Assembly: GCA_026986575.1 (NCBI GenBank)
Contig: JALSOH010000004.1
Location: 544,001-608,000 of the forward strand
Source of the DNA: Thermoproteota archaeon
Lineage (GTDB): Archaea > Korarchaeota > Korarchaeia > Korarchaeales > Korarchaeaceae
DNA length: 64,000 bases
Reading direction: 5' to 3'
Positions within the stretch are counted from its first letter, which is position 1. Each line of letters begins with the position of its first letter. The notes beneath the pieces are model-generated. The model did no database searches. It saw only the letters and a list, made by a program, of their open reading frames with translations, and had not been told where the DNA came from. Below, in pieces: positions 8,809 through 18,149 of this stretch. Both the position numbers and the translations under genes were made by a program.

Positions 8809-9482
8809 GCAGGGACTTCAAAGAGCTGGATCCTTACACATCACACCTGCTGCTGGCCGTTATCCTCTTGGGGGGATCGAAAAAACCAGTACGAGCCTCC
8901 GATTTATGCGAATATCTCAACACATCTAGAGCTACGATATCCAGGTGGATTTCTAGGGCGGAGGACTTGGGCTTCCTCAGGTCGACCATGGCTAGAAGAG
9001 TCCAATACGTGATGGCCACTCAGAAGGCATTGGAACTCGTCAGAACTCTCTATGAGATGACTCAAGGTATAAGCTGGGACGAAGAGGTACTTATGGCCGA
9101 AGTATTCTCGGGGATGAAGGAAGGAGCCTACTACATGTCCAGACCGGGCTATGTGATGGGCTTCAAGGAAGTTCTAGGATATATACCCTTCCCAGGCACG
9201 CTAAACCTCAGAGTGAGGGGAGGAGACATCTCCAAGATAAGGGAGTGGAGGAGAAGGGTGAGGCCCAAGGTGGTGCCTGGATTCGTGGAGGCGGGCAGGA
9301 CATTCGGGGATGTAGAGGTTCTACCCGTAGCTCTCAATGGGTCCTTAGAGGCTCACGCGATTTTCCCTCTCAGAAGACATTACGGCGATGATGTACTGGA
9401 GATAATACACCCCGAAAGCCTGAGAATCAAGTTGAACGTTAAAGATGGAGATATAGTAGCCATCACTTTGAAGAAGTGGTAG
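8805..9482 (+). CDS. ribK: CTP-dependent riboflavin kinase with N-terminal wHTH (RbkR type)
   Basis: wHTH followed by VFSGMKEGAYYM, PFPGTLNL, LEII.P..LR..L...DGD. Confidence 0.92.
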   Translation: MSRDFKELDPYTSHLLLAVILLGGSKKPVRASDLCEYLNTSRATISRWISRAEDLGFLRSTMARRVQYVMATQKALELVRTLYEMTQGISWDEEVLMAEVFSGMKEGAYYMSRPGYVMGFKEVLGYIPFPGTLNLRVRGGDISKIREWRRRVRPKVVPGFVEAGRTFGDVEVLPVALNGSLEAHAIFPLRRHYGDDVLEIIHPESLRIKLNVKDGDIVAITLKKW

Positions 9483-9555
9483 TGGGCCGGGGGGGACTCG
9501 AACCCCCGACCTCCGCCGTGTGAGGGCGGCGTCATAGCCGCTAGACCACCGGCCC
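9483..9555 (-). tRNA. tRNA-Val(CAC), CCA not encoded
   Basis: Reverse complement GGGCCGG...CCGCC-CT CAC AC-GGCGG...CCGGCCCA. Confidence 0.96.
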
Positions 9556-9773
9556 TTGAGTCCGGTCAATCGCTCGATTTTAATCTTTATGTGGGTGTGG
9601 ACCTTCCCCTTGGATGGATGTACCATCGATTTTTTCAGGTAATTAAAATGATGATTAAGGCGATATCAGAAATTTAACGAAAGTGACCTACGTTTTTTCA
9701 TATCATTAGATGGTAATGTCAAAGAGATAAGGTAGCTATTTTAATTAACAAGAGCGGGTAGTAGACAGATGAA

Positions 9774-11060
9774 ATGATTAACGGAATAAGGGAGCTCGAA
9801 AGGGATCTGAAACTACTGCTCATAGCAAGCATACCTACGGGGCTCTCTGGCGGAATGTTCTACGCCGTCTGGGGTTTGTATTTCGAAACAGAAGGTATAA
9901 ATGTTAGTCTGCTAGGACTCTACAGCTTCCTAGAAGGTTTATTGATGGCAGCGGTCTTCATTCCGGCTGGTCTCATCACCGACAAGATGGGAAGGAAGAA
10001 ACCCGTCCTGATAGGGTACATGTTTTCCGCCGTGTCTCTAGCCATAGTATCGCTCTGGGGTCTCAATCTACCAGCAATAATCTTGAGTGGGATCTTGGGA
10101 GGCTGCAGCTCCCTCGCCCTACCCGCTTTCCAAGCTTGGCTAGCCGACCTCGCCGGCAGCAGAATGGAAGAGGCCTCGAGCATCCAGATGTTCCTTTACA
10201 ACGTCAGCTTCTCAGCTGGAAGTCTGATGGGATGGGTCCCTGAACTGATGGTCTTGTCGTCGCAAGACATGAGCTACTCTCAAGCCTACCGAATGATGAT
10301 ACTCCTCTCTACGCTCGCGACGCTGATCGCCATACCATTCTTCTTGACCATTAAAGACAAGGAGATGGCACATTTAACGGGCCCCCACTCGATAGCTTTC
10401 AAAGACATTATGAGACCCCTTAACGCCTCCATGATACGCAGACTCACCTTCCTCCTAGTACTATCCAGCCTAGCCACCGGGTTCTTCTATCCCCTGACCA
10501 GCTACTATCTCGGGGAGAAGTACGGAGTTGAGTCCGGGCCGGTTGGAACTGTCCTCTCCCTGATATACCTTATATCCTCATTCAGTTATTTAATAGCCCC
10601 CGTGTTCTCCAAGCTCTTGGGGCTCGTGAAGTTTGTCGTACTATCACAGGGCTTCGCTATACTAATGATGGCCCTGATTCCCTTCACCCACGACTTCCTA
10701 CTCGCTTCCACGTTACTCATCCTTCAGGTGATGGGAACCTACGCACCTTTCCCGCTGATATGGGCGCTTTTCATGGAGTACTCACCTCCCGACGAAAGAG
10801 GAATGGTTAACTCCCTCTATAACTTGTCGGTAGTGGGTCCTAGAGCTATTTCCTCACTGGCAGGTGGAAATCTGATGAGCATGTCACTGGAGTACCCGAT
10901 ATTCGCTTTCATTCTTCTATACTCCCTCTATAACTTCCTATTCGCTGTTCTGGTGAGGAGTCCTCATTCTAGGAAGAGTTATCTGGCAAGGGTGGCAGAG
11001 AACGCGGGGAATGACGATGGATTTGAGGGGCAGGATAGATGCAACACTTCTGAAGCATGA
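9774..11060 (+). CDS. MFS transporter
   Basis: About 12 TM segments, motif A G.ITDKMGRK. Confidence 0.9.
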   Translation: MINGIRELERDLKLLLIASIPTGLSGGMFYAVWGLYFETEGINVSLLGLYSFLEGLLMAAVFIPAGLITDKMGRKKPVLIGYMFSAVSLAIVSLWGLNLPAIILSGILGGCSSLALPAFQAWLADLAGSRMEEASSIQMFLYNVSFSAGSLMGWVPELMVLSSQDMSYSQAYRMMILLSTLATLIAIPFFLTIKDKEMAHLTGPHSIAFKDIMRPLNASMIRRLTFLLVLSSLATGFFYPLTSYYLGEKYGVESGPVGTVLSLIYLISSFSYLIAPVFSKLLGLVKFVVLSQGFAILMMALIPFTHDFLLASTLLILQVMGTYAPFPLIWALFMEYSPPDERGMVNSLYNLSVVGPRAISSLAGGNLMSMSLEYPIFAFILLYSLYNFLFAVLVRSPHSRKSYLARVAENAGNDDGFEGQDRCNTSEA

Positions 11061-11634
11061 TGTCCCTCTGTCAGAGGTCGTGGAATTCGCGAAAAGGGCG
11101 GCGAGAGAGGGGATGAGGTCCGTCGTGGTTTACCCTTTTTATGCCCAGCGTCTTACGGCGCTAGGTATGGAGATATCGATATGCACGGTAGTAGGCTTTC
11201 CTCACGGCTCTCAACTCAAGGAAGCGAAGGTGGGGGAGGCGAAGCTGGCTCGAGAGATTGGCGTCTCCGAAATAGACTATGTGATCAGTATACCTGCGGT
11301 TAAGAACGGACTGTTCGATTATCTGAAGGAAGAAGCTGATCTCATAACTGCTGCCTTCTCAGGAACGGTTAAGGCCATTATTGAGGTACCTCTTCTTTCT
11401 GAAAATGAGCTCAAGAGCACATTAAAGGCCCTAGAGTCCACTGACGTGGAGTATGTGAAGACATCCACTGGACTGTACAGGCCTGTGGCACCCGGCGATG
11501 TCAGGAGGATGAAGGAGCTCACTGACAAGAAGATAAAAGCCTCCGGAGGAATAAGGACCAAGGAACAGGCTATTGAGCTGATTAAGTCGGGAGCTGATGT
11601 GTTAGGGACTAGTAAGCCTTTTGATATTCTGTAG
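11011..11634 (+). CDS. deoC: deoxyribose-phosphate aldolase
   Basis: ID.TLLK, CTVVGFPHG, EID.V, VKTSTG, IKASGGIRT. Confidence 0.95.
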   Translation: MTMDLRGRIDATLLKHDVPLSEVVEFAKRAAREGMRSVVVYPFYAQRLTALGMEISICTVVGFPHGSQLKEAKVGEAKLAREIGVSEIDYVISIPAVKNGLFDYLKEEADLITAAFSGTVKAIIEVPLLSENELKSTLKALESTDVEYVKTSTGLYRPVAPGDVRRMKELTDKKIKASGGIRTKEQAIELIKSGADVLGTSKPFDIL

Positions 11635-11639
11635 CGGGA

Positions 11640-12764
11640 TCAGGCTCCTATCACCCAGCGGGCAATGTAGCTCCTAGGGCACTGGACGGTACCCCTGTAA
11701 TAGGGGCAGAAGGAGCAGGTCGGACTGTTACCCCAACAATCGAACTCGTTGCTATTGGCTATGTGACAGCCATCCCAGAGGAGGCAGTCGTTGCATGATG
11801 GAAAGTCAGCGATCTTCACCTTAGCCCTGAAAGACACATACTCAGGGGACCACCATATCTCCCTCAAGCTCTTCTCTTTCAGATCACCGAAAACTAGCTG
11901 CTTTACCTCGACCTCCCTTCCATCGATCCAAGCCCTGTAGTCGTGGAGGGTGAAGAGGCACGGGACGACCTTCCCATCAAATGTAATGGCGAAAGCCCTC
12001 TCCTCGATGAAGGGACACCTCCTCTCAGTCTTGTAATAGAAGAAGGGCTCTATCACTCTGACATGGTGGAGCATCGAGAGGGTCCTGACCTTCCCCATGA
12101 TCTCTGAGATGTTATCGGGCTGCACCTTATCGTGTATCTGCTCATTAGCGAGAGCTGGATGGGTAGCTATCAGATTGGACAGAAGAACACCTCTGGCCCC
12201 TATTTCAGCTGCCCACTCTATTAGATCAGGGAGCTTACTCACCGTGCTCTTAAGGAGAACCGTGGAGATCCACAGTTCCACTCCATCCCTGTTGGCTAGC
12301 TCCCTGATCCCCTCCTCAACTACGTGAAAGCTCGATCCCACTCTGATCTTCCTGTAAATCTCCGGATCTGTGACATCCACGCTGACGAAAACCCAAGAGA
12401 AACAGCGACCTATAACATCAGATTTCCTTAGGAGGGTGGTTCCGTTGGTAATCATTCCCAGATCGAATCTCTCCGCCGCCTTCTCCGCGAACTCCTCGAA
12501 CCTCGGGTGAATCGTGGGTTCTCCCCATCCACTGAACCACAGATCTTGGACACCCATGTCTTCGAGCTCCTCGAGCACGCGATCGAACAGTTCCTCACTC
12601 ATGAGCCCTATCCTCTCGCTCCAGCTCTGCCTGTAGCAGAATTTACAGTTAAGGTTGCAAGAGGTCGTGAGCTCCACATGAGCCTCCCTAGGAGGATCTG
12701 GATCCGACAGATAAAAGCCTCCGTGCACCCTTATCTTCTCCAATGGTCCTCGACCGCCCCTCAC
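11640..12764 (-). CDS. radical SAM/SPASM protein, tungsten-cofactor oxidoreductase maturase-like
   Basis: CNLNCKFC, SG.GEP, Cys-rich tail FPSCNDC...C...DCWGNSPTCSFCPY...CP. Confidence 0.8.
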   Translation of the reverse strand: MRGGRGPLEKIRVHGGFYLSDPDPPREAHVELTTSCNLNCKFCYRQSWSERIGLMSEELFDRVLEELEDMGVQDLWFSGWGEPTIHPRFEEFAEKAAERFDLGMITNGTTLLRKSDVIGRCFSWVFVSVDVTDPEIYRKIRVGSSFHVVEEGIRELANRDGVELWISTVLLKSTVSKLPDLIEWAAEIGARGVLLSNLIATHPALANEQIHDKVQPDNISEIMGKVRTLSMLHHVRVIEPFFYYKTERRCPFIEERAFAITFDGKVVPCLFTLHDYRAWIDGREVEVKQLVFGDLKEKSLREIWWSPEYVSFRAKVKIADFPSCNDCLLWDGCHIANSNEFDCWGNSPTCSFCPYYRGTVQCPRSYIARWVIGA

Positions 12765-12814
12765 CTGACCTGTATTAAACGATTGCTATAACGCAGTATT
12801 TAAGAAAAGAAACA

Positions 12815-13558
12815 TCAACCGAGGAATGTATCCGCTGCTCCTTTGGGGGACCTACTCCATACCTTTTCGACTTCCTCCATAGGCAGGTCCAGCTGCTTGG
12901 CTAATAGCTCCATGGAAATTTCCGGATTCGTCCTCTTTATATCATCCACGGCATGGGCCAAGTAATCCTCGTAAGGAAGAGCTTCCTCCCATAACCTGTC
13001 GAATCTCTCCTTGAAAATCTTCGCCAGACTCTCCGACTCCACCTTTATACCAGTTCTCGTGGGTTGCTCCACACCTATCTTCTCAGGAAATCCCATAACC
13101 ACGATCCTGTCGTCCACCACCATGTGCCTGAGATCGTACACAACGAGTCCTCCGTGGTACTTCACCTCAGCTCCAGCCTTCGAATACCTGTACCCCACGT
13201 AGAGCTTCTCCCTTCCCTTGGGCATCATATACCTTATTCTCACACCCCTTGATGCGGCCGCTTCTATCTCCTTGACGATCTTGTCGAAGAATTCGGTGGA
13301 GTCCTTGGGCTTAGCGCCCGTTACCGATCCGAAGATCTCCTTAGTAGCTCCCCTCATGGCCTCCAGCACCGCATTGAAGTACTGAGTTCTAGTGAGCATC
13401 TTAGTCACTTCCATGAGGTGCTCCACGAGTCTCTTCCTTCCCTCGAGTTCGTGCCTACTGAGGTAGAGCAGAAGTATAGTAGCTATCAGCAGGGTGAGCT
13501 CCACTATCAGGAGAGCTAAGGCCACTAAGTCCCCCATAGGAGATCCCTCATATCTCAT
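12815..13558 (-). CDS. membrane-anchored TrmB/PLD-like domain protein with C-terminal HTH-like segment
   Basis: N-terminal TM, A..RGVRIR, DLRHMVVDD (degenerate HKD), F...F..LW..A. Confidence 0.65.
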   Translation of the reverse strand: MRYEGSPMGDLVALALLIVELTLLIATILLLYLSRHELEGRKRLVEHLMEVTKMLTRTQYFNAVLEAMRGATKEIFGSVTGAKPKDSTEFFDKIVKEIEAAASRGVRIRYMMPKGREKLYVGYRYSKAGAEVKYHGGLVVYDLRHMVVDDRIVVMGFPEKIGVEQPTRTGIKVESESLAKIFKERFDRLWEEALPYEDYLAHAVDDIKRTNPEISMELLAKQLDLPMEEVEKVWSRSPKGAADTFLG

Positions 13559-14447
13559 CGGCGCCGCCAGCCGGCGCCACCTTCATCACCGTTGCAGGTA
13601 TACCTAACCCCTTATAAGCCCGCCTCACCCCCTCGACAACTCGGTCGCACTCCTCGCAGAGGAATAGCATACTCGGTCCAGCTCCACTGATAGACACACC
13701 TAGAGCCCCGGATCTCGTGGCCATCTCTTTGACCTCCCTGTATCCCGGAATGAGTCTAGATCGAGACTCATCCACTAGGGAGTAGGACATTCCTTCACCA
13801 GCTAGCTTCAGATCACCCGTCGCAAGTCCAAGCAACAAAGAAGCGAGGTGAGAGTAGTGTCTGACCATCTCTTCAATACCCACGTTTCTAGGAACCAATA
13901 ATCTCATTTTCTCAGTCTTCCTCTCGGGGATAGGCGTCCAAGGAACAGATAGAACGAACCTCACATCCGGATCGAGCTTCACGATTCTCCTCCCTATTAC
14001 GACCAACCCCCCAAACAGGGAGGGAGCGACGTTATCTGGGTGAGGAGAGCCCGATGCCTCCCTCTCCCCTTCAGCCGCTGCTCTCACGAGATCCTCCTCC
14101 GATAGCACACCACCCAGCTCCAAGTCCACTGCCCTCACCGCTGCCGCCGAAGATGCGCCACTACTTCCTAGACCTCTACCTGGTGGAACTCCCTTCCAAA
14201 GCTTTATCCTAGCGGTTAAATGCTGCTCCGCAGCTTTCAATGCGGCTCTCGCGGCAGCGGCAGCGCTGTTTCTCCTTCCGAGGGGTACGGACTTCGCATA
14301 GGGGCCCTTGACCTCAGTGACTACAGCGTCCGGCCCCCCATTCACGAGCTCGATCTCGACCACGTCGGAGAACGCATCGATCGCTATCCCCATTATGTCA
14401 TAACCCGGCCCCAAGTTGGCACTAGTGCTCCAAGCCCTGACCCTCAT
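13548..14447 (-). CDS. thrB: homoserine kinase
   Basis: TSANLGPGYD, P.GRGLGSSGAS, HPDNVAP, ISGAGPS. Confidence 0.95.
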   Translation of the reverse strand: MRVRAWSTSANLGPGYDIMGIAIDAFSDVVEIELVNGGPDAVVTEVKGPYAKSVPLGRRNSAAAAARAALKAAEQHLTARIKLWKGVPPGRGLGSSGASSAAAVRAVDLELGGVLSEEDLVRAAAEGEREASGSPHPDNVAPSLFGGLVVIGRRIVKLDPDVRFVLSVPWTPIPERKTEKMRLLVPRNVGIEEMVRHYSHLASLLLGLATGDLKLAGEGMSYSLVDESRSRLIPGYREVKEMATRSGALGVSISGAGPSMLFLCEECDRVVEGVRRAYKGLGIPATVMKVAPAGGADEI

Positions 14448-15625
14448 AGGGCCAGCCCCCTTATCTTCTCCACGGCCTCATCAACACTGGAGGCCCTCAC
14501 CGGCTCTGGGAATGGGAAGGCGTCTGGATCCTTCAGGGCGTGGCCGGTGGCCACTAGCACAACTCTGTCGTCTGGGGAAATCTCCCTTCCTAATAACTTC
14601 AGGTAACCCGCGTACGATGCAGCTGAAGCTGGTTCCACCCCCACACCCATCTTTCCTAATTTCCTCTGAGCCTCCAAGATCTCTCCATCGGTCACGATCT
14701 CGACGACGCCTCTGCTCTCACTTAGGGCCTTGAAGGCCTTTGGCCAGTTCACGGGCCTCCCTATTCTTATTGCGGTGGCCACGGTTTCGGGATTATCAGT
14801 AAAGATAGGCTCACTAAGCCCCTCCTTGAGAGCTCTAGCTATTGGAGAGGCGCCCGCTGCCTGTATGCCCGCCAACCTAGGCATCTTGTCGATAAGACCC
14901 AGCTCTCTCATTTCTTTGAATCCCTTCCATATCGCTGATATGTTGCCAGCGTTTCCCACGGGCAGCACGACCCAATCCGGCACGCCTATCTCGTCGACTA
15001 TCTCGAATGCGAGTGTCTTCTGACCCTCCAACCTCCAAGGATTGATTGAATTGAGGGGATAAAGTCCGCTCTCCCTCCCAGATACTTTCATCACCACATC
15101 CAGTGCGGCATCGAAGGGACCGTCTATCTCCACGATGGTAGCACCGTGAAGCACCGCCTGAGCCAGCTTTCCCCTAGCTACCTTTTTCCTTGGCAGTACG
15201 ACGAAGCTCCTCATGCCCGCTCTGGAGGCATAGGCAGCGACGGAGGCAGAGGTATTCCCGGTGGAGGCGCATATGACGCTCTTCACATTGGCCTCCTTGG
15301 CTAAGGATACTGCTACGGTCATTCCCCTATCTTTGAAGGATCCTGTTGGGTTACTCCCCTCATATTTTACCCAGAGCCTCTCGCCTATCTTTATGAGGGG
15401 GGTGCCTCCCTCGCCCATTGAGATGGGCCTCACTCTGGGTAGGAGTTCCTTATACCTCCACACCCCGAACTTCCTCGTCCTGAAAAGAGCCCAAGATACG
15501 CCGAGGGGCTTCCTCCTGAAGACGGGCTCCAGCAGACCTCCGCAATGAGGGCAAACTATAGTCCAAGGGTCAGCCCTATAGGTCCTGCCGCATTTGACGC
15601 AGCGAAGCTCGTACTCCCCGAGCAT
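14444..15625 (-). CDS. thrC: threonine synthase (true start probably ATG 15625)
   Basis: Zn-ribbon N-terminus, NPTGSFKDRG PLP lysine, ASTGNTSAS, PVGNAGN. Confidence 0.95.
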   Translation of the reverse strand: MLGEYELRCVKCGRTYRADPWTIVCPHCGGLLEPVFRRKPLGVSWALFRTRKFGVWRYKELLPRVRPISMGEGGTPLIKIGERLWVKYEGSNPTGSFKDRGMTVAVSLAKEANVKSVICASTGNTSASVAAYASRAGMRSFVVLPRKKVARGKLAQAVLHGATIVEIDGPFDAALDVVMKVSGRESGLYPLNSINPWRLEGQKTLAFEIVDEIGVPDWVVLPVGNAGNISAIWKGFKEMRELGLIDKMPRLAGIQAAGASPIARALKEGLSEPIFTDNPETVATAIRIGRPVNWPKAFKALSESRGVVEIVTDGEILEAQRKLGKMGVGVEPASAASYAGYLKLLGREISPDDRVVLVATGHALKDPDAFPFPEPVRASSVDEAVEKIRGLAL

Positions 15626-15684
15626 CTCGGCTCCCTTCGACACACAGTTATAACTTCTCCCCTCGGTGGAAACTGGGTGGGTGT

Positions 15685-16989
15685 TTGGATCCGGAGGATG
15701 CTTACAGGAGAGTCCTATCCTCAATTGAGGAGCATCATAGGTGGTTCGACTCATCTTTACCCATGATAGCCAGCGAGAATGTTACCAGTCCCGCGGTGAG
15801 GAGGGCGATGACCAGCGATTTCGGTCACCGGTACGCCGAGGGATGGGTGGGAGAGAGGGTCTACGCCGGGACCAAGTACATCGACGATGTGGAATCACTG
15901 GCGATGGAGCTCATAAAGAAGCTGTACGGGGTGAAGTTCGCTGATGTACGTCCAATAAGTGGAGTGGTCGCCAACCTGTCCGTATATACGGCCCTCACAC
16001 AGCCAGGGGATGTCGTGATGGCGCTGCCCATAACTAAGGGTGGGCACATCAGCATGGGACCCTTGAGGGGTTCTAAGGGGCAGTTCATAGGGGGCACGGC
16101 AGGAGCCGTCAGAGGCTTGGATGTGAAGTACATAGCCTTCGATGACGAGAACATGAACATAGATGTCGATAAGACCATCAACAGGATGGAGAAGTACGAG
16201 CCCAAACTGATAATGATGGGAGGCAGCGTGATCCTCTTCCCACAACCGGTGAAAGAGCTAGTGGAGGCGGCTAAGTCCATGGGAGCTGCGGTTAACTATG
16301 ACGCCGCTCATGTCGCTGGGTTAATTGCGGGAGGTAAGTTCCAGCGTCCCTTGGAGGAGGGGGCCGATGTGATGACCTTCAGCACCCACAAGACCTTCTT
16401 CGGCCCCCAGCACGGCGCGGTGGCGACTAACGACGAGGAAAAATTCGAACTGATCAAGCTGGCCAACTTTCCGGGTCTTCTGAGCAATCACCATCTACAT
16501 GCGGTGGCAGCGCTGGCAATAGCAGCCGCGGAGATGCTCGCATTTGGTAAGGAGTATGCTGAGGCAGTTATTAAGAACGCTAAAGCCTTGGCTCAGGCGT
16601 TACACGACGAGGAATTCAAGGTGGTCGCGGAGCACTTAGGATTCACTGAGAGCCACCAGGTCCTCCTCGATGTGGACGATCTGGGTGGAGGATACAAATG
16701 CGAGAAGCTGCTTGAGGAGGCCAACATAATAGTGAACAGGAACCTTCTGCCATGGGACATAAAGAGGGGGAGGAGCTTCAAGGACCCGGGCGGCCTGAGG
16801 CTGGGAGTCTCCGAGCTGACGAGGCTCGGCATGGGACCGGATGAGATGGGGGAGGTGGCGAAGTTCTACAGGGAGGTCCTGATAGACGGGAAGGATCCAA
16901 AGGAAGTCGCTAGAGAGGTTTCAGAACTGAGAAAAGGGTTCAAGACCGTGAAATATGCGTTCGAGGAGGGCCCGGCCTACGAACACTGA
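15685..16989 (+). CDS. glyA: serine hydroxymethyltransferase
   Basis: MIASEN, YAEG, YDAAHV.GLIAG, STHKTF.GPQ. Confidence 0.97.
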   Translation: MDPEDAYRRVLSSIEEHHRWFDSSLPMIASENVTSPAVRRAMTSDFGHRYAEGWVGERVYAGTKYIDDVESLAMELIKKLYGVKFADVRPISGVVANLSVYTALTQPGDVVMALPITKGGHISMGPLRGSKGQFIGGTAGAVRGLDVKYIAFDDENMNIDVDKTINRMEKYEPKLIMMGGSVILFPQPVKELVEAAKSMGAAVNYDAAHVAGLIAGGKFQRPLEEGADVMTFSTHKTFFGPQHGAVATNDEEKFELIKLANFPGLLSNHHLHAVAALAIAAAEMLAFGKEYAEAVIKNAKALAQALHDEEFKVVAEHLGFTESHQVLLDVDDLGGGYKCEKLLEEANIIVNRNLLPWDIKRGRSFKDPGGLRLGVSELTRLGMGPDEMGEVAKFYREVLIDGKDPKEVAREVSELRKGFKTVKYAFEEGPAYEH

Positions 16990-17797
16990 CATTCGCCGCT
17001 TGATAGAGGACAGGACGAGGGGCTCGCTGGAGATATTCGAGGAGGCCATGAGCTTACTCGATAGGTCGATGGATCCGTGTAAAGATGCTAGAGTCCTCAG
17101 GGAAGCTCATCCAGAGATGACGGCTCTTGAATACTTGGAGATGGCAGCGTGCTCCGGATCTATGCATAAGTTAAGGGAGTTCTACGGTAGATCCAAGGAG
17201 AAGCTGGCTTTCACATGCTCTAAACTCCTATCTGAGCTGGGGATCGAAGTCATAGCGACCTTGAGCAGGAGTTCTGCGGTCATAAACTGTCTGAAAAGGT
17301 CCCCCGTGAGCGAGGTGATAGTAGGGGAATCAAGACCGGGAAGGGAGGGGCTGAAGACTGCTGAAATTCTCAGAGATGCGGGGTTCAAGGTCACTCTAGT
17401 GGTGGATGCCCTCCTCCCGTGGTACTCCAAGAGGAGAGAGGCCGTGGGACTGGTCGGTGCTGACAGGGTCACCCCCTCCTGCCTGATAAACAAGGCTGGC
17501 ACTCTGCCGCTCGCGACCCTGATCAGGACGATAGCGGTCCCTGGGCTCCTCAAGCTTCACAAGGATGAGTACATCATCGAGAGGAGGGATCCAAGGGAGG
17601 TAGCAGTGCTGGAAGGCGTGGAAGTGGTGAACATCTACTTCGACGAGACACCCCTGAATTCCCTCCACAGGCTGGTGTTCGAGGGCCTCGTGCTTGAGCC
17701 CCAAGAGATAGGAAAGGCCTACGAAAAATTGGAGATGGTACTGGGAATTAGATCAGATGGAGGATCATCAGGAAGAGGCTTATCACAGCGGAGATGA
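16955..17797 (+). CDS. eIF-2B alpha/beta/delta family protein
   Basis: TLSRSSAV, ESRPGREG, VGAD, NKAGT, N.YFDETP. Confidence 0.8.
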   Translation: MRSRRARPTNTDIRRLIEDRTRGSLEIFEEAMSLLDRSMDPCKDARVLREAHPEMTALEYLEMAACSGSMHKLREFYGRSKEKLAFTCSKLLSELGIEVIATLSRSSAVINCLKRSPVSEVIVGESRPGREGLKTAEILRDAGFKVTLVVDALLPWYSKRREAVGLVGADRVTPSCLINKAGTLPLATLIRTIAVPGLLKLHKDEYIIERRDPREVAVLEGVEVVNIYFDETPLNSLHRLVFEGLVLEPQEIGKAYEKLEMVLGIRSDGGSSGRGLSQRR

Positions 17798-18104
17798 TCC
17801 AGGCAACTATAGAGATGGCCGCGGCGGTCAGCCATCCCACCTTGAACCACACCTTCAGCACCCAAATCCAAACTACTATGATTATGACCTTCTCCAAAAT
17901 CCACAGAGGGAGCAAGGCGAAAAGAATCCCAAGTACGAAGTCTATCACCGACCAGACGAAGGCGAGGGCCAAAGCCGATAGGAAGGGTTGCTCCTTCTTC
18001 TCAGGAAGCACTATCTTCTGAGCTAACCAGAGGACGACAGCGCTCACAACCAAGGTCACGAGGAATCTCACGAGAGAACCGAAAATACCGGTCATCGAGA
18101 TCAT
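17748..18104 (-). CDS. small integral membrane protein
   Basis: About 4 hydrophobic helices. Confidence 0.65.
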   Translation of the reverse strand: MISMTGIFGSLVRFLVTLVVSAVVLWLAQKIVLPEKKEQPFLSALALAFVWSVIDFVLGILFALLPLWILEKVIIIVVWIWVLKVWFKVGWLTAAAISIVAWIISAVISLFLMILHLI

Positions 18105-18149
18105 ACAAATCCCAGAGCCTCCTCTCTGGGAAGTTAAAAATGGGGGTGG

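Noticed and set aside
9640-9720. ATGATGA C-box-like motif upstream of the MFS gene
   Set aside because: No properly spaced terminal CTGA D box or closing stem; AT-rich promoter sequence
1669-11060. tRNA-integrated mobile element
   Set aside because: No integrase, no partial tRNA direct repeat (att), and the enclosed genes are mostly housekeeping
15626-15754. N-terminal extension of the 436-aa thrC ORF
   Set aside because: It overlaps divergent glyA; homology starts at MLGEYELRC (ATG 15625)
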